Assembly: GCA_013239625.1 (NCBI GenBank)
Contig: MU053684.1
Location: 1-51,093 of the forward strand
Source of the DNA: Lama guanicoe
Taxonomy: Eukaryota
DNA length: 51,093 nt
Reading direction: 5' to 3'
Numbering within the stretch: the stretch's first letter is position 1; each line of letters starts with the position of its first letter. Both the position numbers and the translations under genes were made by a program. Below the pieces are notes generated by a model, which saw only the letters and a list, made by a program, of their open reading frames with translations, was not told where the DNA came from and did no database searches. Below, piece by piece: positions 24,914 to 38,302 of this stretch.

Positions 24914-25547
24914 GTGATATTTTAAAGGGTGCTTCTGGAAAACTCCAGAGATTAATGAAAAAGACCAGAAAAAAAAACTGAAAGAGTTGATACATAGGAA
25001 AGAAGTTAAATTACTTTTTAAAAGACCAATCCAGAAAGAACAGAAAGAGAAGGAAATTATGTGAGGTATAGAGGAAAGTGCACTGAACTGAAAAACTGGA
25101 GGCTAAAACTGCCTATAATTTTTCAGGTACCCAGGCACAGACCTTTGCCCCTCTCAGCCTCGGTTTTCTTTTATTATAAAAGTAGAGTCTTCCTAACATT
25201 GTCTTTCTTTGATTCTTGAAGCTATTACATTATGGAGAGGAGACTCTCCAAACTGAAAAGAGAGAAGTAAGAGGGAGGAATGGAAAACAGGGAAAAAGAA
25301 AGGTGCTGAATGAAATCAGAATATTGGAAATACAGTAAATCTCAACACTCCCCCAAAACTTCTACTCCTGGATAGTGTTCAAGGGGGAAGAAGAATGGAA
25401 CTTACAGGTGTGGTAACTATGTGCCTACTAAGGAATGGAGAGCCGAATGTATCCTGAGGGCTCAATTTCTAGAAAGACTTGAGAAATGGGTAGGTTATTT
25501 AAATCACTAATTCTAGACTGATTTGAATATTTTCCATTGTTCTTTAG

Positions 25548-25568
25548 CTCTACTGCAAGGATCTGTAA
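25548..25568 (+). CDS. TSBP1: TSBP1 micro-exon 21 nt (ALLQGSV)
   Basis: tctttag|CTCTACTGCAAGGATCTGTAA|gtaagt; like recalled ALPQGSM. Confidence 0.85.
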   Translation, partial: LYCKDL

Positions 25569-26019
25569 GTAAGTTTTTCTTGTTTCAGAATCTGGTATTG
25601 TAGGGCTTCTACACTTGGCAGAGGTAGTCTCCCTGTCTTATCTGCTCCCTTCTTAGTCAGAGTGATAGGTCTTAAGGCTCATGATTCTCCACCTTCTCAT
25701 TTATTAATTATCTACCTGTCATTTCTAATGCCACCTGTAGATGTGTTTTGTTTGACCAGCATAAAATTATTTTAAATTTTGGATCTGAATGCTTTAAGAT
25801 AGGTGTGCATTTTTCAAATGGCCAACATTCGCACTACCTCCTATGACAAACAGATTCACAGTGATTCATGAGAATTGCTGCGTCGCTAACAGCACCGGAG
25901 TTTGTGACCCCTACAAAGACAACCAGTATTTATGTTTCTGTCCAGTATGGAAAATTTACTTTCAGGAGAACTAATTCTGATATTTTCATTAGGAAGAATA
26001 ACCACAGAAACTGCACTCT

Positions 26020-28460
26020 TTTTGTTTTAACTTTTTTAATTGAGTTACAGTCATTTTACAATGTTGTGTCAAATTCCAGCATAGAGCACAATTTTTTCAG
26101 TTATACATGAACATACATATATTTGTTGTCACATTTTTTTTTTGCTGTGAGCTACCACAAGATCTTGCATATATTTCTCTGTGCTACACAGTATAATCTT
26201 GTTTATCTATTCTACATATGCCTGACAATATCTAGAAATTTTGAACTCCCAATCTATCCTTTCCTATCTTCCTCCCCCTTGGCAACCACAAGTTTGTATT
26301 CTATGTCTATGAGTCTGTTTCTGTTTTATATTTATGTTTTGTTTTGTCTTTAAGCTTTCACATATGAGCAATCTCATACGGTATTTTTCTTTCTCTTTCT
26401 GGCTTACTTCACTTACAATGACATTCTCCAGGGACATCCATGTTGCTGCAAATGGTGTTATGTTGTCAGTTTTTATGGCTGAATAGTATTCCATTGTATA
26501 AATATTACAACCGCTTCTTTATCCACTCATCTGTTGATGGACATTTAGGCTGTTTCCATGTCTTGGCTATTGGAAATAGTACTGCTATGAACATTGGGGT
26601 TCAGCTGTCTTTTTGAAGTAGGATCCCTTCTGGATATATGCCCAGGAGTGGGATCACTGAGTCATATGGTAAGTCTATTCCTAGTCTTTTGAGGAATCTC
26701 CATACTGTTTTCCACAGTGGCTGCACCAAACTGCATTCCCACCAGCAGTGTAGGAGGGTTCCCCTTTCTCCACAGCCTCTTCAGCATTTGTCATTTGTGG
26801 ACTTCTGAATGATGGCGATTCTGACTGGTGTGAGGTGATACCTCATTGTAGTTTTGATTTGCATTTCTCTGATAATTAGTGATATTGAGCATTTTTCATG
26901 TGCCTATTGATCATATTGCTTGTTTTTTTGCCCATTTTTGGATTGGGTTGCTTGTTTTTGAACATAAATGCAAAAATCCTTAACAAAATATTAGCAAATA
27001 GAATCCAACAACACATAAAAAAGATTATACATCATATCATGNNNNNNNNNNNNNNNNNNNNNNNNNNNNNNNNNNNNNNNNNNNNNNNNNNNNNNNNNNN
27101 NNNNNNNNNNNNNNNNNNNNNNNNNNNNNNNNNNNNNNNNNNNNNNNNNNNNNNNNNNNNNNNNNNNNNNNNNNNNNNNNNNNNNNNNNNNNNNNNNNNN
27201 NNNNNNNNNNNNNNNNNNAGATATAGAGATAACTCACCATAATAAAAGCTATATATGACAAACCTACAGCCAGCATAGTACTCAACGGTGAAAAACTCAA
27301 AAGCTTCCCACTAAAATCTGGGACAACATAAGGCTGCTCTGCTTNNNNNNNNNNNNNNNNNNNNNNNNNNNNNNNNNNNNNNNNNNNNNNNNNNNNNNNN
27401 NNNNNNNNNNNNNNNNNNNNNNNNNNNNNNNNNNNNNNNNNNNNNNNNNNNNNNNNNNNNNNNNNNNNNNNNNNNNNNNNNNNNNNNNNNNNNNNNNNNN
27501 NNNNNNNNNNNNNNNNNNNNNNNNNNNNNNNNNNNNNNNNNNNNNNNNNNNNNNNNNNNNNNNNNNNNNNNNNNNNNNNNNNNNNNNNNNNNNNNNNNNN
27601 NNNNNNNNNNNNNNNNNNNNNNNNNNNNNNNNNNNNNNNNNNNNNNNNNNNNNNNNNNNNNNNNNNNNNNNNNNNNNNNNNNNNNNNNNNNNNNNNNNNN
27701 NNNNNNNNNNNNNNNNNNNNNNNNNNNNNNNNNNNNNNNNNNTATCAAATTACCCAGGACATATTTCACAGAACTAGAACAAATCATAATAAAATTTATA
27801 TGGAACCACAAAAGACTTAGAATTGCCAAAGCATTACTGAAGAAAAAGAAAGAGGTTGGAGGAATAACTCTCCCAGACTTCAGACAATACTACAGAGCTA
27901 CAGTAATCAAAACAGCATGATATTGGTACAAAAACAGACATATGGACCAATGGAACAGAATAGAGAGCCCAGAAATGAACCCACAAACTTCTGGTCAACT
28001 AATCTTCGACAAAGGAGGCAAGAATATACAATGGAAGAAAGACAGTCTCTTCAGCAAATGATGTTGGGAAAACTGGACAGCAGCATGTAAATTAATGAAG
28101 CTAGAACACTCCCTTACACCCTACACAAAAATAAACTCAAAAATGGATCAAAGACTTAAACAATAAGACAAGATACAATAAACCTCTTAGAAGAAAATAT
28201 CAGCAAAACATTATCTGACATACATCTCAAAAATGTTCTCCTAGGGCAGTCTACCCAAGCAATAGAAATAAAAACAAGAATAAACAAATGGGATATATTT
28301 TGTGGTTCCATATAAATTTTATTATGATTTGTTCTAGTTCTGTGAAATATGTCCTGGGTAATTTGATACGGATTGCATTAAATCTGTAGATTGCCTTGGG
28401 CAGTGTGACCATTTTAACAATATTGATTCTTCCAATCCAGGAGCGTGCGATATCTTTCCA
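26020..28460. mobile_element. Rearranged L1: 3' end on minus (26020-26960), ORF2 on plus (26961-28293, with gaps), ORF2 piece on minus (28294-28460)
   Basis: ORF2 peptides [25 protein letters not shown] (+) and [18 protein letters not shown] (-). Confidence 0.9.
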
Positions 28461-28831
28461 TAACATTTTTAATAGAATTTTTCAGCTCCTTATACATTGT
28501 TACTCTTGAATTTTCACTGCAGCCTTGTAGTGTAAGTAACACAGGAAAGACAATTTCCATTTTAAATATTAGAAAATTAATGTTTCAAAGGTTTAGTGAC
28601 ATAACCAGTCATAGAGCTAGAGTAGCAAATCTAGGGCTCTCTAGTCTCTGGTCTTTAACCTCAAGAGTATTTGTACCTCACACCTGGGGAGGAGGGGATG
28701 GGATTGCCTACACTCCATGTTCTTTGAAAATTTAAGTTAAGTGAGATTGTATTTGTCAATTTTCCTTTTTTTTTCTTTTGGCTTAAACAAAAAAACATTT
28801 ATTTCTCAAAATTCTCGATTTTCGTTTATAG

Positions 28832-28870
28832 GTGATACAAAAGGCTTAAAAGCCACTCCAGAACCTTTAT
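28832..28870 (+). CDS. TSBP1: TSBP1 micro-exon 39 nt (SDTKGLKATPEPL)
   Basis: cgtttatag|...|gtaagt. Confidence 0.88.
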
Positions 28871-29398
28871 GTAAGTTTTCCCTGTTTCTCAACTTAGTTC
28901 ATTTCTGTCTTTTACAAAGAGCCTACTACTGGGTGAGGGGTAAGGAGACACAAAGGTGGAGGAAAGGAGAACAGCTACTCATTATTGTACTGCTCTCCTT
29001 TGCTTTACCAGTGTGAGGAACTTGAGGCTGTTTTCAGGATCCCCCTAAGTAGCTAATGATTTTCTTATTTAGCAAAGTGGAAAGTCTGCTAATAAAAAAT
29101 AAAGCAATTAATTAAAAAATAAAAGAAACATCCTAGGGTTGGATGGAGTCATTTATGAAAAATAAACTTTTAGACAGATTTGACAACAAGAAGACTGTAA
29201 AAATTGAGAACAAGAAAAATAATTGCAAGGAGTATGATTTTATTGGTCTCCTAAGGAAAAAAGGGGAAATGCAGACTACCTTCTTACTGCCTTCCATGTA
29301 AATCTAACATATAGAAAACACTTGATCTGAAACTTCATGAAATGTACATTCTTCAGCGATAGTCTCTTCAAACTTACTTGTTTGTGTTTGTATTTCAG

Positions 29399-29419
29399 CC
29401 AGCACTGCTGGAGCTATAA
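29399..29419 (+). CDS. TSBP1: TSBP1 micro-exon 21 nt (SSTAGAI)
   Basis: tatttcag|...|gtgagt. Confidence 0.88.
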   Translation, partial: PALLEL

Positions 29420-29971
29420 GTGAGTCCTTTTTCAGTACTTTAATTCTTCTGTGCTTTGCATCACTACACTGTTAGAATATGTAGGACACTCCTATCCCTG
29501 CAGGAATTGTTTTTTAATTCCTCCTGAACAAATTCTCAGTTCTTTTCTCCTTCTTATTCTCTAATATGATCTTAATAAACTAGGTGACTCTGTGAGGAAG
29601 TACTATCATTTTTAATTTTATCAAAATCTTGAGATTCATTGGCAGTTAGAAAGGTAGGAAGGTTCCTTTCTAGCAATTCCAGTGACACTCAGAGGAAGAG
29701 GGTAGTGAGTCCCAGGTGGCTGACCTAGGATCCCCAGGCTATCGTTAATGGTTGTGTGGAATTAAACGTCCTGTTATTAACAAAGACTATGTCTGGAAGA
29801 AGTGTCCGGATAGCATTTTAAAAGACATTCCACAAACATTTCTGGCAGAAGCACTGGAAAGGAATAGTGAAGGATGAGTGGGAGGCAGTTGATTTAGAAA
29901 CAGGAAAAAAAGAAAAGGTAAATGGAAACCATGATATATAAATGCTCTGAGATTTTACCAGTCCTTTATGG

Positions 29972-30140
29972 CCTTACTGCTTAAAGTGAGTCCAAGGAGC
30001 TGCATCAGCATCACCTTGGAGTTTGTAAGAGATGCAGAATCTCAGTCTAACACTCATTCCCAGAGCTACTAAATCAGAATCTGAATTTTAATAAGATCAC
30101 CAACTGGTCTCTGTGAACATTAAAGTTTAGAACCATTACT
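29972..30140. mobile_element. MER5A-like hAT DNA transposon (MITE)
   Basis: gcatcagcatcaccttggagtttgtaagagatgcagaatctcag...ctactaaatcagaatctg...aaagtttagaacc. Confidence 0.75.
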
Positions 30141-31105
30141 TTATGGAGTTTCAATCCCTTTGCACTTAGAAAGGAAATGAGTTGAGTGCACTTGATCTAA
30201 GTTTATCCAGCTCCTCTATCCCTAAAGATTCTCCACACAGAGTAGCCTTCAAGCCAATGGCAAGAAAGATGAAACCCACTGAGGTTTAATTCATTTCTTA
30301 ACACATTTCTATCTATCACTCCTGAGGATGTTCGGAGCTTGAGCACCTAGGGCAGGGCCAACCCTGAAGGGAAGAGGAAGAAGAACAATTTGAAAGTTAG
30401 GGCTCATGGCAAATCACACCCTATGTCTATCCCTCCTGGAGCATGTATACACATGAAATATGATTAAAATAATCAAAAGTCAAACTTCAAACTGGGGATG
30501 TGTCATAAAAGCACATGTAGCCTAAGCCTAAGAGGTACAGAGGGGTGTGTGTGTTTTAAAAACAGAATGCTGTAATTTATAAGCTTGTGCATCTAGTGTC
30601 CAAATCCTTTTACCCACTAACCATACCTATGAATGTCCTGAGTCTATCTAAAAGTTTTCTATTCCCTCTTAGATACTAAAATATTGCAGGCCAAGTTATT
30701 CTGTTGAATAAGAGAGCCAAGATCATCCACAAGAGACAGAAATTCCCACTGCCTCCTTCAGAAGATGAGGCTATGGATTCTAGCTTAACAAGTTCAAATT
30801 AACCCAACTGGAAGAAAGGCAATGGCCTGTGTAATCCACTGAGTTACAAACAGAACACCCATCTGGGAGGGAACACTGACTATTGCATACTTGCAGCTTC
30901 AGCTGTCAGATCCCAGTAGTACAAGGGTCCTCCAAGATGGAGAATGAAGAATGAACTTCATTTGCTCTTCCAATGAAGAGGAAATTTTAGCTCTCATGTC
31001 CCTATTTCTGATATTTTCCAAGAAATAATTTCAATGCAAACTGTATTTTCCTGTGCTAATTAGAACCATTCTAATTAGTTCTGTCTTGTTTTTCCCATAT
31101 TTTAG

Positions 31106-31126
31106 CTGGAGCTATTGGACCAATAA
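31106..31126 (+). CDS. TSBP1: TSBP1 micro-exon 21 nt (TGAIGPI)
   Basis: tattttag|...|gtgagt. Confidence 0.85.
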   Translation: MELLDQ

Positions 31127-31886
31127 GTGAGTTCCTTTTCTGTTTCCTAATTCTGACATTCTTTGGTCTTCTGTGGGATATAGGGCCCTCTCCTCACCAT
31201 GGCGATTTCCATTTCTATACCCTAGCCTTTCCCAATCATGTTTATTGATTGAATTTGAATCTCCTGGCACCTCCTGATGTCCAAGCCATCAGAAATAAAT
31301 GCCATGACTTGTCACTGAGTTTAAGACAAAGGAAAGCCAAATAATTCATATTTTAAATAATGATCAGGAAAAAGTTCTCTGAGCTGTGATAGAAAGAATC
31401 AAAACACCTATTTATGGGCTTTTCCTAAATTGAGGGAAGAGCTACAAGAAAAACAGTTTTAGGAGAAGTTCTAGGAGAAGGCAAAAGAATAAGCATGATA
31501 AAGACAAAGGAGGAGGAGGTGATGAAAAAAAGATAAAGAAACTGACATCTACCTACCCTTAAAGAGTTTCAATCCTCTGAGACAGCTGAGGGGTGGACAG
31601 AGGAAAGAAGAGACAGAGGAATGGAAGTGAAGGAGAAGAGCCAACAACCTTCAGCCTTTGTTCTATATGTTCCCCTCTGCCATAGACTCTTCATCTAAGA
31701 TGAATGCTGAATGACTTGATCTTGTGAGAGGGTTAGGAGTCTTCCATGTTAAAATTATCTACAGACCTACAATAATAGTTCTGCCTCTAGCTGAGTTGCT
31801 TCACGAATTCTTTAAATAGAATATTGGTAGAATGAGAATTCTGTTAATATCAAACTACACTGATTTTCCTCCTCTTTGTATTTCAG

Positions 31887-31907
31887 TGCAATTCACAGCA
31901 CCTATTC
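31887..31907 (+). CDS. TSBP1: TSBP1 micro-exon 21 nt (MQFTAPI)
   Basis: tatttcag|...|gtaagt; identical to the recalled human peptide. Confidence 0.92.
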
Positions 31908-32509
31908 GTAAGTATTGAATTTGTTTATCTACTCAAGTTCCTTTGATTTCTGACCTACAGGTCTTAAGAACTAATCTGCCCATTTTTCCTGATACCATGT
32001 TTCTCAACTCCCCTAGCATTTCTATTACAGAGTTTCCAAAGAAGCTCTGCATGAAGCAGAGAGACTATAAACCCCATAGGCTAATGTAAGAAAATAGAAA
32101 AAAGAGAGGGAAGCCTCTTATAAGCAGTCATAAAGCAATCAGCAAGGGAAGATTCACTGTTCAAGTAACAATAAGTTCCTAATGGAATGAGAAAAAAGAA
32201 AAAAGAGAAGAAAAATGTAAGAAAAAATAGAGGCATTACAAATTAGTATGAAATGAGTCTTTCTCAATCCTCTCTAAAGAGTTTCAATCGTCACTGAAAA
32301 CAAGGGGAGGCCTCCATTCCTGTAGATCTCCTATATTATGCAACAGGAAACCTGTCCAAGAATTGCCATACAAGCAATCCTTGCTCTTCCTAGGGTTTTC
32401 ATTTATGACACTCCCTCTAGAGTAAGTGCTGCAGAATGGGTATTTCCTTCACAGTGGTGAAGCATAATGACCTCTCTCTCTCCCCACTCCCCCTACCCCC
32501 ATTTCTCAG

Positions 32510-32530
32510 CTGGAGCTACGGGACCTATCA
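32510..32530 (+). CDS. TSBP1: TSBP1 micro-exon 21 nt (PGATGPI)
   Basis: tttctcag|...|gtaagt. Confidence 0.92.
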
Positions 32531-33138
32531 GTAAGTTTGCTGTCTAATTCTCCACTGTAAAGCATTTTAATTTCATGCAGTATATTAAGGATCCTTCCTT
32601 GGATGCCATGTTGGGATTACAGGGCTTTGGGGTCCACATTTTCTTGACCTTTCAGTTTTCTTCTACCTAGCAAATCATTAATGATCCTGTGAATGTACAT
32701 TCCACTGCTAAATAAAAACTATAAAGTAGAGGACAAATACTTGCAGGTTTCCAGTGGCCTGTCAACAGCCCACAAAGGACTTTTAAGACCAGAATGAGAT
32801 GGAGAGAAATGAAATAATAGAAGAAAGAAAGAAAATTAAGTTTAAATGGAAAAGGATTTTTCTAATCTTCTACATGGGTTTTAACAGGGTAATATCTACT
32901 AGTACCTTTGCTACTTACCTCTCAGTGTATTCTTTAGATGGGAGGCCCTGATATGTATTATATTGTCTTAACATCCCCGCAAGAAAGTCAGCATCCCCAC
33001 TACCCAACTACAGCTGACCCCAAGGTTAGTGGGAGAGATTCTTACTAGGGAAAACAAATAAATGAGAACTATGGTCTCTAGAATCTGAAAGCACCTACTG
33101 ATTTCTTTCACTTCTTTTCTTTTTTATTTATTTTTTAG

Positions 33139-33159
33139 AGCTCTCTCAAAAAACCATCG
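33139..33159 (+). CDS. TSBP1: TSBP1 micro-exon 21 nt (KLSQKTI)
   Basis: ttttttag|...|gtaagt. Confidence 0.92.
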
Positions 33160-33879
33160 GTAAGTCACCTAAGCCTCAAATTATAATGCCTCTTGGTCTT
33201 TTACAATGCTCAAAACATTAGTCTATTTTAACAATTCATGCCCACAGACTCCAGGATCAAGTGTTTCCGTTGCCACATTATCCCACCCAGAATTCCTAGA
33301 GGTTGGATTCACTCAGGTTCTGCAATAAAAAGATATTAACTATGAAGTTGAAATACACAGCGAAAAAAATACTCCCCTGGGATGGTCTTTTCTGAGCTGT
33401 TCCCACTTCAGTATATAATCTAGTTCTTTAGAACCAATATATAATCAAAAATGTAGAACACAGCACCTGAACTTCTTATTTTCTGTGCAAATGATTTCTC
33501 ATTATTAGGTCGTCTTCATTTTGTAAAATATGTAAATTCTAAGTTTCTTTTCATTTCTGATTGCTCTGAAAAGTTCTCTACAGGACAGTCAGGTTCTATT
33601 TTCACCAACTTTTAGCAACTTGCCCTATTGCATTTTTCCGTAGAAACATTATAAATAATGATTAGGTTCAAAGACACAATCGTCCATAATTTACATGTTT
33701 ATAAACTAAGAGCAGAAACATAACTTTACACACTGGATTATAGTACTAGCAAAAATTAAGAATTTTTTAAATTATAAAACTAAAGAAATATGATTTGAGG
33801 TTCCTCTATAGTCATCAACAGGATGAATATGAGTCCTGTATTTGTACCTAGCCATATTCTTTGAATGATTCCTATAATG

Positions 33880-34085
33880 CTTCATAGTTTTTCTCTAACT
33901 TTCACATACATTATTTTGTTGGATCTGTACAACATTCCAATAGTGGTAGGTAAAGCAGGTATTAAACCCATCTTTAAAGATGAGGAAACTGAGGCCCTCA
34001 AAAAGATAAGAGGAGAAGTAATTAGTTAATAACGAAGTTAGGACTGAAGTTTTGCTGACTTTTAGTTGACCTCTTTCCACTACCA
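33880..34085 (-). mobile_element. MIR SINE
   Basis: cccatctttaaagatgaggaaactgaggc MIR core. Confidence 0.75.
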
Positions 34086-35866
34086 TACTGGGTGTTATAA
34101 TGGGTTATTAGCAATGAATAAAATGAACTTCTGATTTTAGAACTCAGGGGTCAAAAAGGCCTATGGGGAGAGCAAGTGAGCAAAAGTACAATAAAACAGT
34201 AAAAGATAGAGAATGAAGATATAAGTTAAAAAGAGAAAAATCGAGAGGAAATAAAAAGGAAGAAAATTGAAAGAAGAAAGATTAAGTGAATTGACAGACT
34301 AGAAAAGAAAGAAGTGTAATTACTGTATATAAAATAGACAAGTAACAAGGACCTACTGTATAGCACAGGGAACTATATTCAATTTCTTATAATGAGCTGT
34401 AATGGAAAAAAATCTGAAAATATATACATATATAAAGAAAGAAGTGTAAATGAATATAAATAAAACTGATAAAGAGAAGGAAAAGAAGGGTACAAGGGGT
34501 TACAAATTAAAAGTGAAAAAGAGCAGAGAAAATATAGGAAAACTAAAGAAACAAAATAAAATTTGAAATGATCATCTGTCCAAGGGTTTAGTGGCTTTTA
34601 CCAAGAGGGCAGCTGTCCTAGGAGTCCTACTCCAGGATCAAAGCAAGTATTAAATTATTTTTTCAAAATACCTAACTTTCTAGCTTGTCTACAGCTCATA
34701 ACCCAGGATACCCAGAACTGGTAAGCCACTTCCTAGCTTTTTTACACAGAAAACAAAATGAGAGTTATAAGTTTGGTTCTTATGGGTCAGAATGGGGATA
34801 TTTCCTATCAAGAGTGCCATGAAGGGAGGGGCTGTGGAGAAGAGAGATACTGTGATGCCCACTGGGAGAAAGGGTGGTCTTTTAGATTCAATTAACCATG
34901 CAGACTCACAAGATTATCATACCCCTCACCTGGCACCAGTAGGACCTAAGGCAGGAAGCACAGCCTGCCAGCAGGGCAGCATCAGCCATCCCTCTTCTGT
35001 GGGAGCAGTCCTCACAGGTCTCTACAGACCCACCCAGGAACCATTCCCTTTGGTCTCCCATAGGCTGAGTACGAGAGCTACCCTGACTTAGAAACTCCAG
35101 GAGCCAACATCTCTAAGAACTCCATACACATAACCTATGGGGATCTCGTAAGGAACATGCCCAGATACATGGTCACCGCACTCAAGGAACCCCAAAGCTA
35201 TGGCTTTCTAATAGGTATTTATAGTTCTCCCAGTTCATATGCAGCTTACTGTTCACGGATCATTCTTATGTTCAAAAACAAACAAACAAACAATGTTGCC
35301 AAGTAACGTAACAGATTAACAATCTTTATCAGGTCACCAAAGGATCAGAGCTAGAAAATCAACTCAGGGCCAAATTTTCATTAAAAACTGAAGACTATGT
35401 TGATCCTTTGCCCACAGCCACTAAAGCTAATCAAAGCAGTATTTAACTGTCAGTCCCCAATAAGCTGGAAGCTGTTAGCAGCTTAGATCCTTCCCTCTCT
35501 ACCTTAATGCTTACCCCTAGAACATATTAGTTGGTCAGAAATATTTTTGTACAGGATGGTCCCTTGAAACAGTAGTATCTTCTACTGCTACTGACAGGTA
35601 AGAAAAGTATAGTTTCACTTTTTTCTTATGTCTGCCAGGTTGACAAGGATCCTAGAGAAACCCTCACCTCAGGCTGAAATACTGCAGTATATTTTAATAC
35701 TCCCTTTCCTCTGTAGTTAACATAGCTCCCTGATGTCCTTATTACTGATAATCACTTTTTCTCCCCTCCTCTATCTTCTAAAGTCCACCCCTAGAATAAA
35801 ATTAATAAAAAATGTATTCTTCAACCAAACACCCATACTAATATGCCAATTTGGATTCTTTTTTAG

Positions 35867-35887
35867 TGCAAACTCCAGGACCTATTG
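35867..35887 (+). CDS. TSBP1: TSBP1 micro-exon 21 nt (VQTPGPI)
   Basis: ttttttag|...|gtaagt. Confidence 0.92.
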
Positions 35888-35909
35888 GTAAGTTGCCTAT
35901 TTGTATTAT

Positions 35910-35910
<1 letters not shown>

Positions 35911-35936
<26 letters not shown>
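35911..35936. repeat. (CA)13 microsatellite
   Basis: Directly visible. Confidence 0.92.
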
Positions 35937-35944
<8 letters not shown>

Positions 35945-36425
35945 AACTCATATATCACTCAAGTTCATAATAGGTAGAATAACATTTTTCTAATAGTAAT
36001 AATAGTGGTTTGTCAATAATCATTAGAAGAACGTTCTGGGGGAGGACATAAGAAATGAGCAAGAAGACAAGAGAAAGATGGCTGAGAGAGTGAAACAAAA
36101 ATGGTGTGAAGGAAAAAAGATGAGGGAAAATGAAGGGAAAGGAATACAATTAAAATTTTACCTTAAACACCTATAAGAGAAAGGCAACAATGAAGTGGTT
36201 ATCTTTCAAACTAAAACAAGGTTAAAAGTCTCCTCAAGGAAGATCTGATTCTTACAGAGAGGCTATTATAGTTCAGCAGCAGTGCAGTAAACAATATTTA
36301 ATCCTAAAACTGGGATTTAGTAATTCCTAGGAAACCATTTTCACTGTTCTCTTTCAGAAAACATCAGTGGTACATGTATTTTTCATGTTTATTAATCACA
36401 ATAATTTGTTTTTTCCTATTTTTAG

Positions 36426-36446
36426 TACAATATACTGGACCTAGTG
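36426..36446 (+). CDS. TSBP1: TSBP1 micro-exon 21 nt (VQYTGPS)
   Basis: tatttttag|...|gtaagt. Confidence 0.9.
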
Positions 36447-38281
36447 GTAAGTCCCTTATCTATTTCTTTCCTCTGGTGTTCTCTGAACATCAACAATGTC
36501 TAGAGGGCCTGTTCTCTGTCCTAAATGTATCTATTGCCATAAAAATAGTGGTTTTAGACATGTTTTCATGCTTCCTAGTTTCCAGGAAAATTATTTTTTA
36601 TAGAAGAAGAGTAAGAAAATTCCTCCAGTAATGGTCATAATGGCTTCTGTAACAATATAGAATTTTCTAATGTAACAAAGAAAGAATAATAAGGGTAGCT
36701 TTCCAGTTCTGATGTGCTTTATAGCCGATAAAGGGCCTACTCAAAGATAATGGAGACAATGTAGAGAAAATGAGAAAAGGAAGGCAAAATTTCAAAATAA
36801 ATGTAAAAGAAGAAAAAGAAAAGCAAACTTAAATAGACTGAGGTCTTACCAGATTCCTCCCTGGTTTCCTGGGGTAAGTCTACCAGGGAGTGCTGCTCAG
36901 GATCTAGTCTACCTTGAGTTCTCTGTCTTTTCTCCTGAGGCCTTTCCTTTTCCTCATGTCCCATCCTGCCTCCTCACCCCAAACACCTCTCCACACACCC
37001 CTACCCCCACACATACCCAACAGAGCTTCAAGAAACAGAGTATGACAGTAGTTGGGCTACAACTACAGGATCTGACAGACTCATCAGGTAGAAGAAAGTG
37101 GAAGACAAGTTTGTATTGTGATCAACAAGGGAAAAGCCAAGGTCAAAATCTAGAGTGTTGAAACCAACCCCATGTCACAGAAAATTCTGTGTCTGAAAAT
37201 TAAGTGAAAGCATCCCAAAGTTTAAGTCAAATTGGAGGAAATTATCAGAAGGCAAGTCAGGTCTACAGAGACACTCCTTCAACTAGCTGAGCTCCTACTA
37301 CGTATCAGAAACTGAGCCAAGCACTGGGGATACAGTTATGAATAAGAGAGAAAGATGTGGTTGATCTCTGGTGCTCTGTGGAGTTTACAGTCCTACAAGA
37401 TATCTTGGAAAAAGGAATTCAAAATGTAGAGATGGCAGGCAGTCTCCCACACAGTCATACTATGACCACTAAAACTGGATGTTGCCAGCCCTAGATGCTC
37501 GTTCTAAATAAGCTTCATGTTGTAGATGAGTATGAGCCATAATTTATTAACTATTCCCCTAAATCAAGGCTGCCCTTCTCAGTACTTACGATTATCATCA
37601 AGACTTACAGACTTGAAAGTTCTCACAATTCTTGTAAGGGAAAAATCACAAATCATTTCACACTGTGGCTAAAGGAAGGGTCCTATCTGGCCCAAAGTCC
37701 CCTAATAGTCACAGATTTCTCTCCCTTTCCCTTCTTTTCTTCCCTATGTAATTCCCTCTCCCCTATGTGTAAATGCTTTCAAATATATAGTAATGTATAA
37801 ATGAATTATACTGCTACATTTATTCCTTCCTAGCTTTCCCTTAAATTACAGGTGATTTGGAGAAATTGCAAAAGGCATTGATTAATTTTTTTAATTAACA
37901 AAAATGAGTGGTCCAAGTGGAATTAGTAAGAGGAGGAGTGGGAAGAAAACTTTTCAAACCAATTAAAAGATCAGGTAGGAGAAAGAATAGTGAAAACAAT
38001 AATGGCAGAAGTACATAGAAGTACAAGTTCAAGACCACATGAACCTCCATAAGTGTTTCAAACATTTACCATACCCAAAAGGAATAGAACGGATGGCCTC
38101 TCTCCTGCAGCAGGCCTGAGGATGCAAAGCACAGGGATGGGTGCTTAAGCCCAGACAATGCTCTGAGCTAACAAGCAGGTTTCAGCGCTCCCTGCATCAT
38201 CTCTGCCATTACTCTTTTTAAGCCCATCATAGGAGAACTGAGTTCTCTTGGTTCTACACACACTTTCCATTTTTCCATCAG

Positions 38282-38302
38282 CTGAAACTTCAGAAATGTC
38301 CA
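38282..38302 (+). CDS. TSBP1: TSBP1 candidate micro-exon 21 nt (AETSEMS)
   Basis: ttccatcag|...|gtaagt; phase 1-1. Confidence 0.75.

Noticed and set aside
34695..34720. Exon-like ctacag|...|gtaagc
   Set aside because: 26 nt, not frame-preserving, and no similarity to the array
35555..35597. Exon-like tacag|...CAG|gtaaga
   Set aside because: 43 nt, breaks frame; no supporting similarity
36358..36369. 12-nt in-frame exon candidate
   Set aside because: Weak donor (gtacat) and only a 56-nt intron to the next exon
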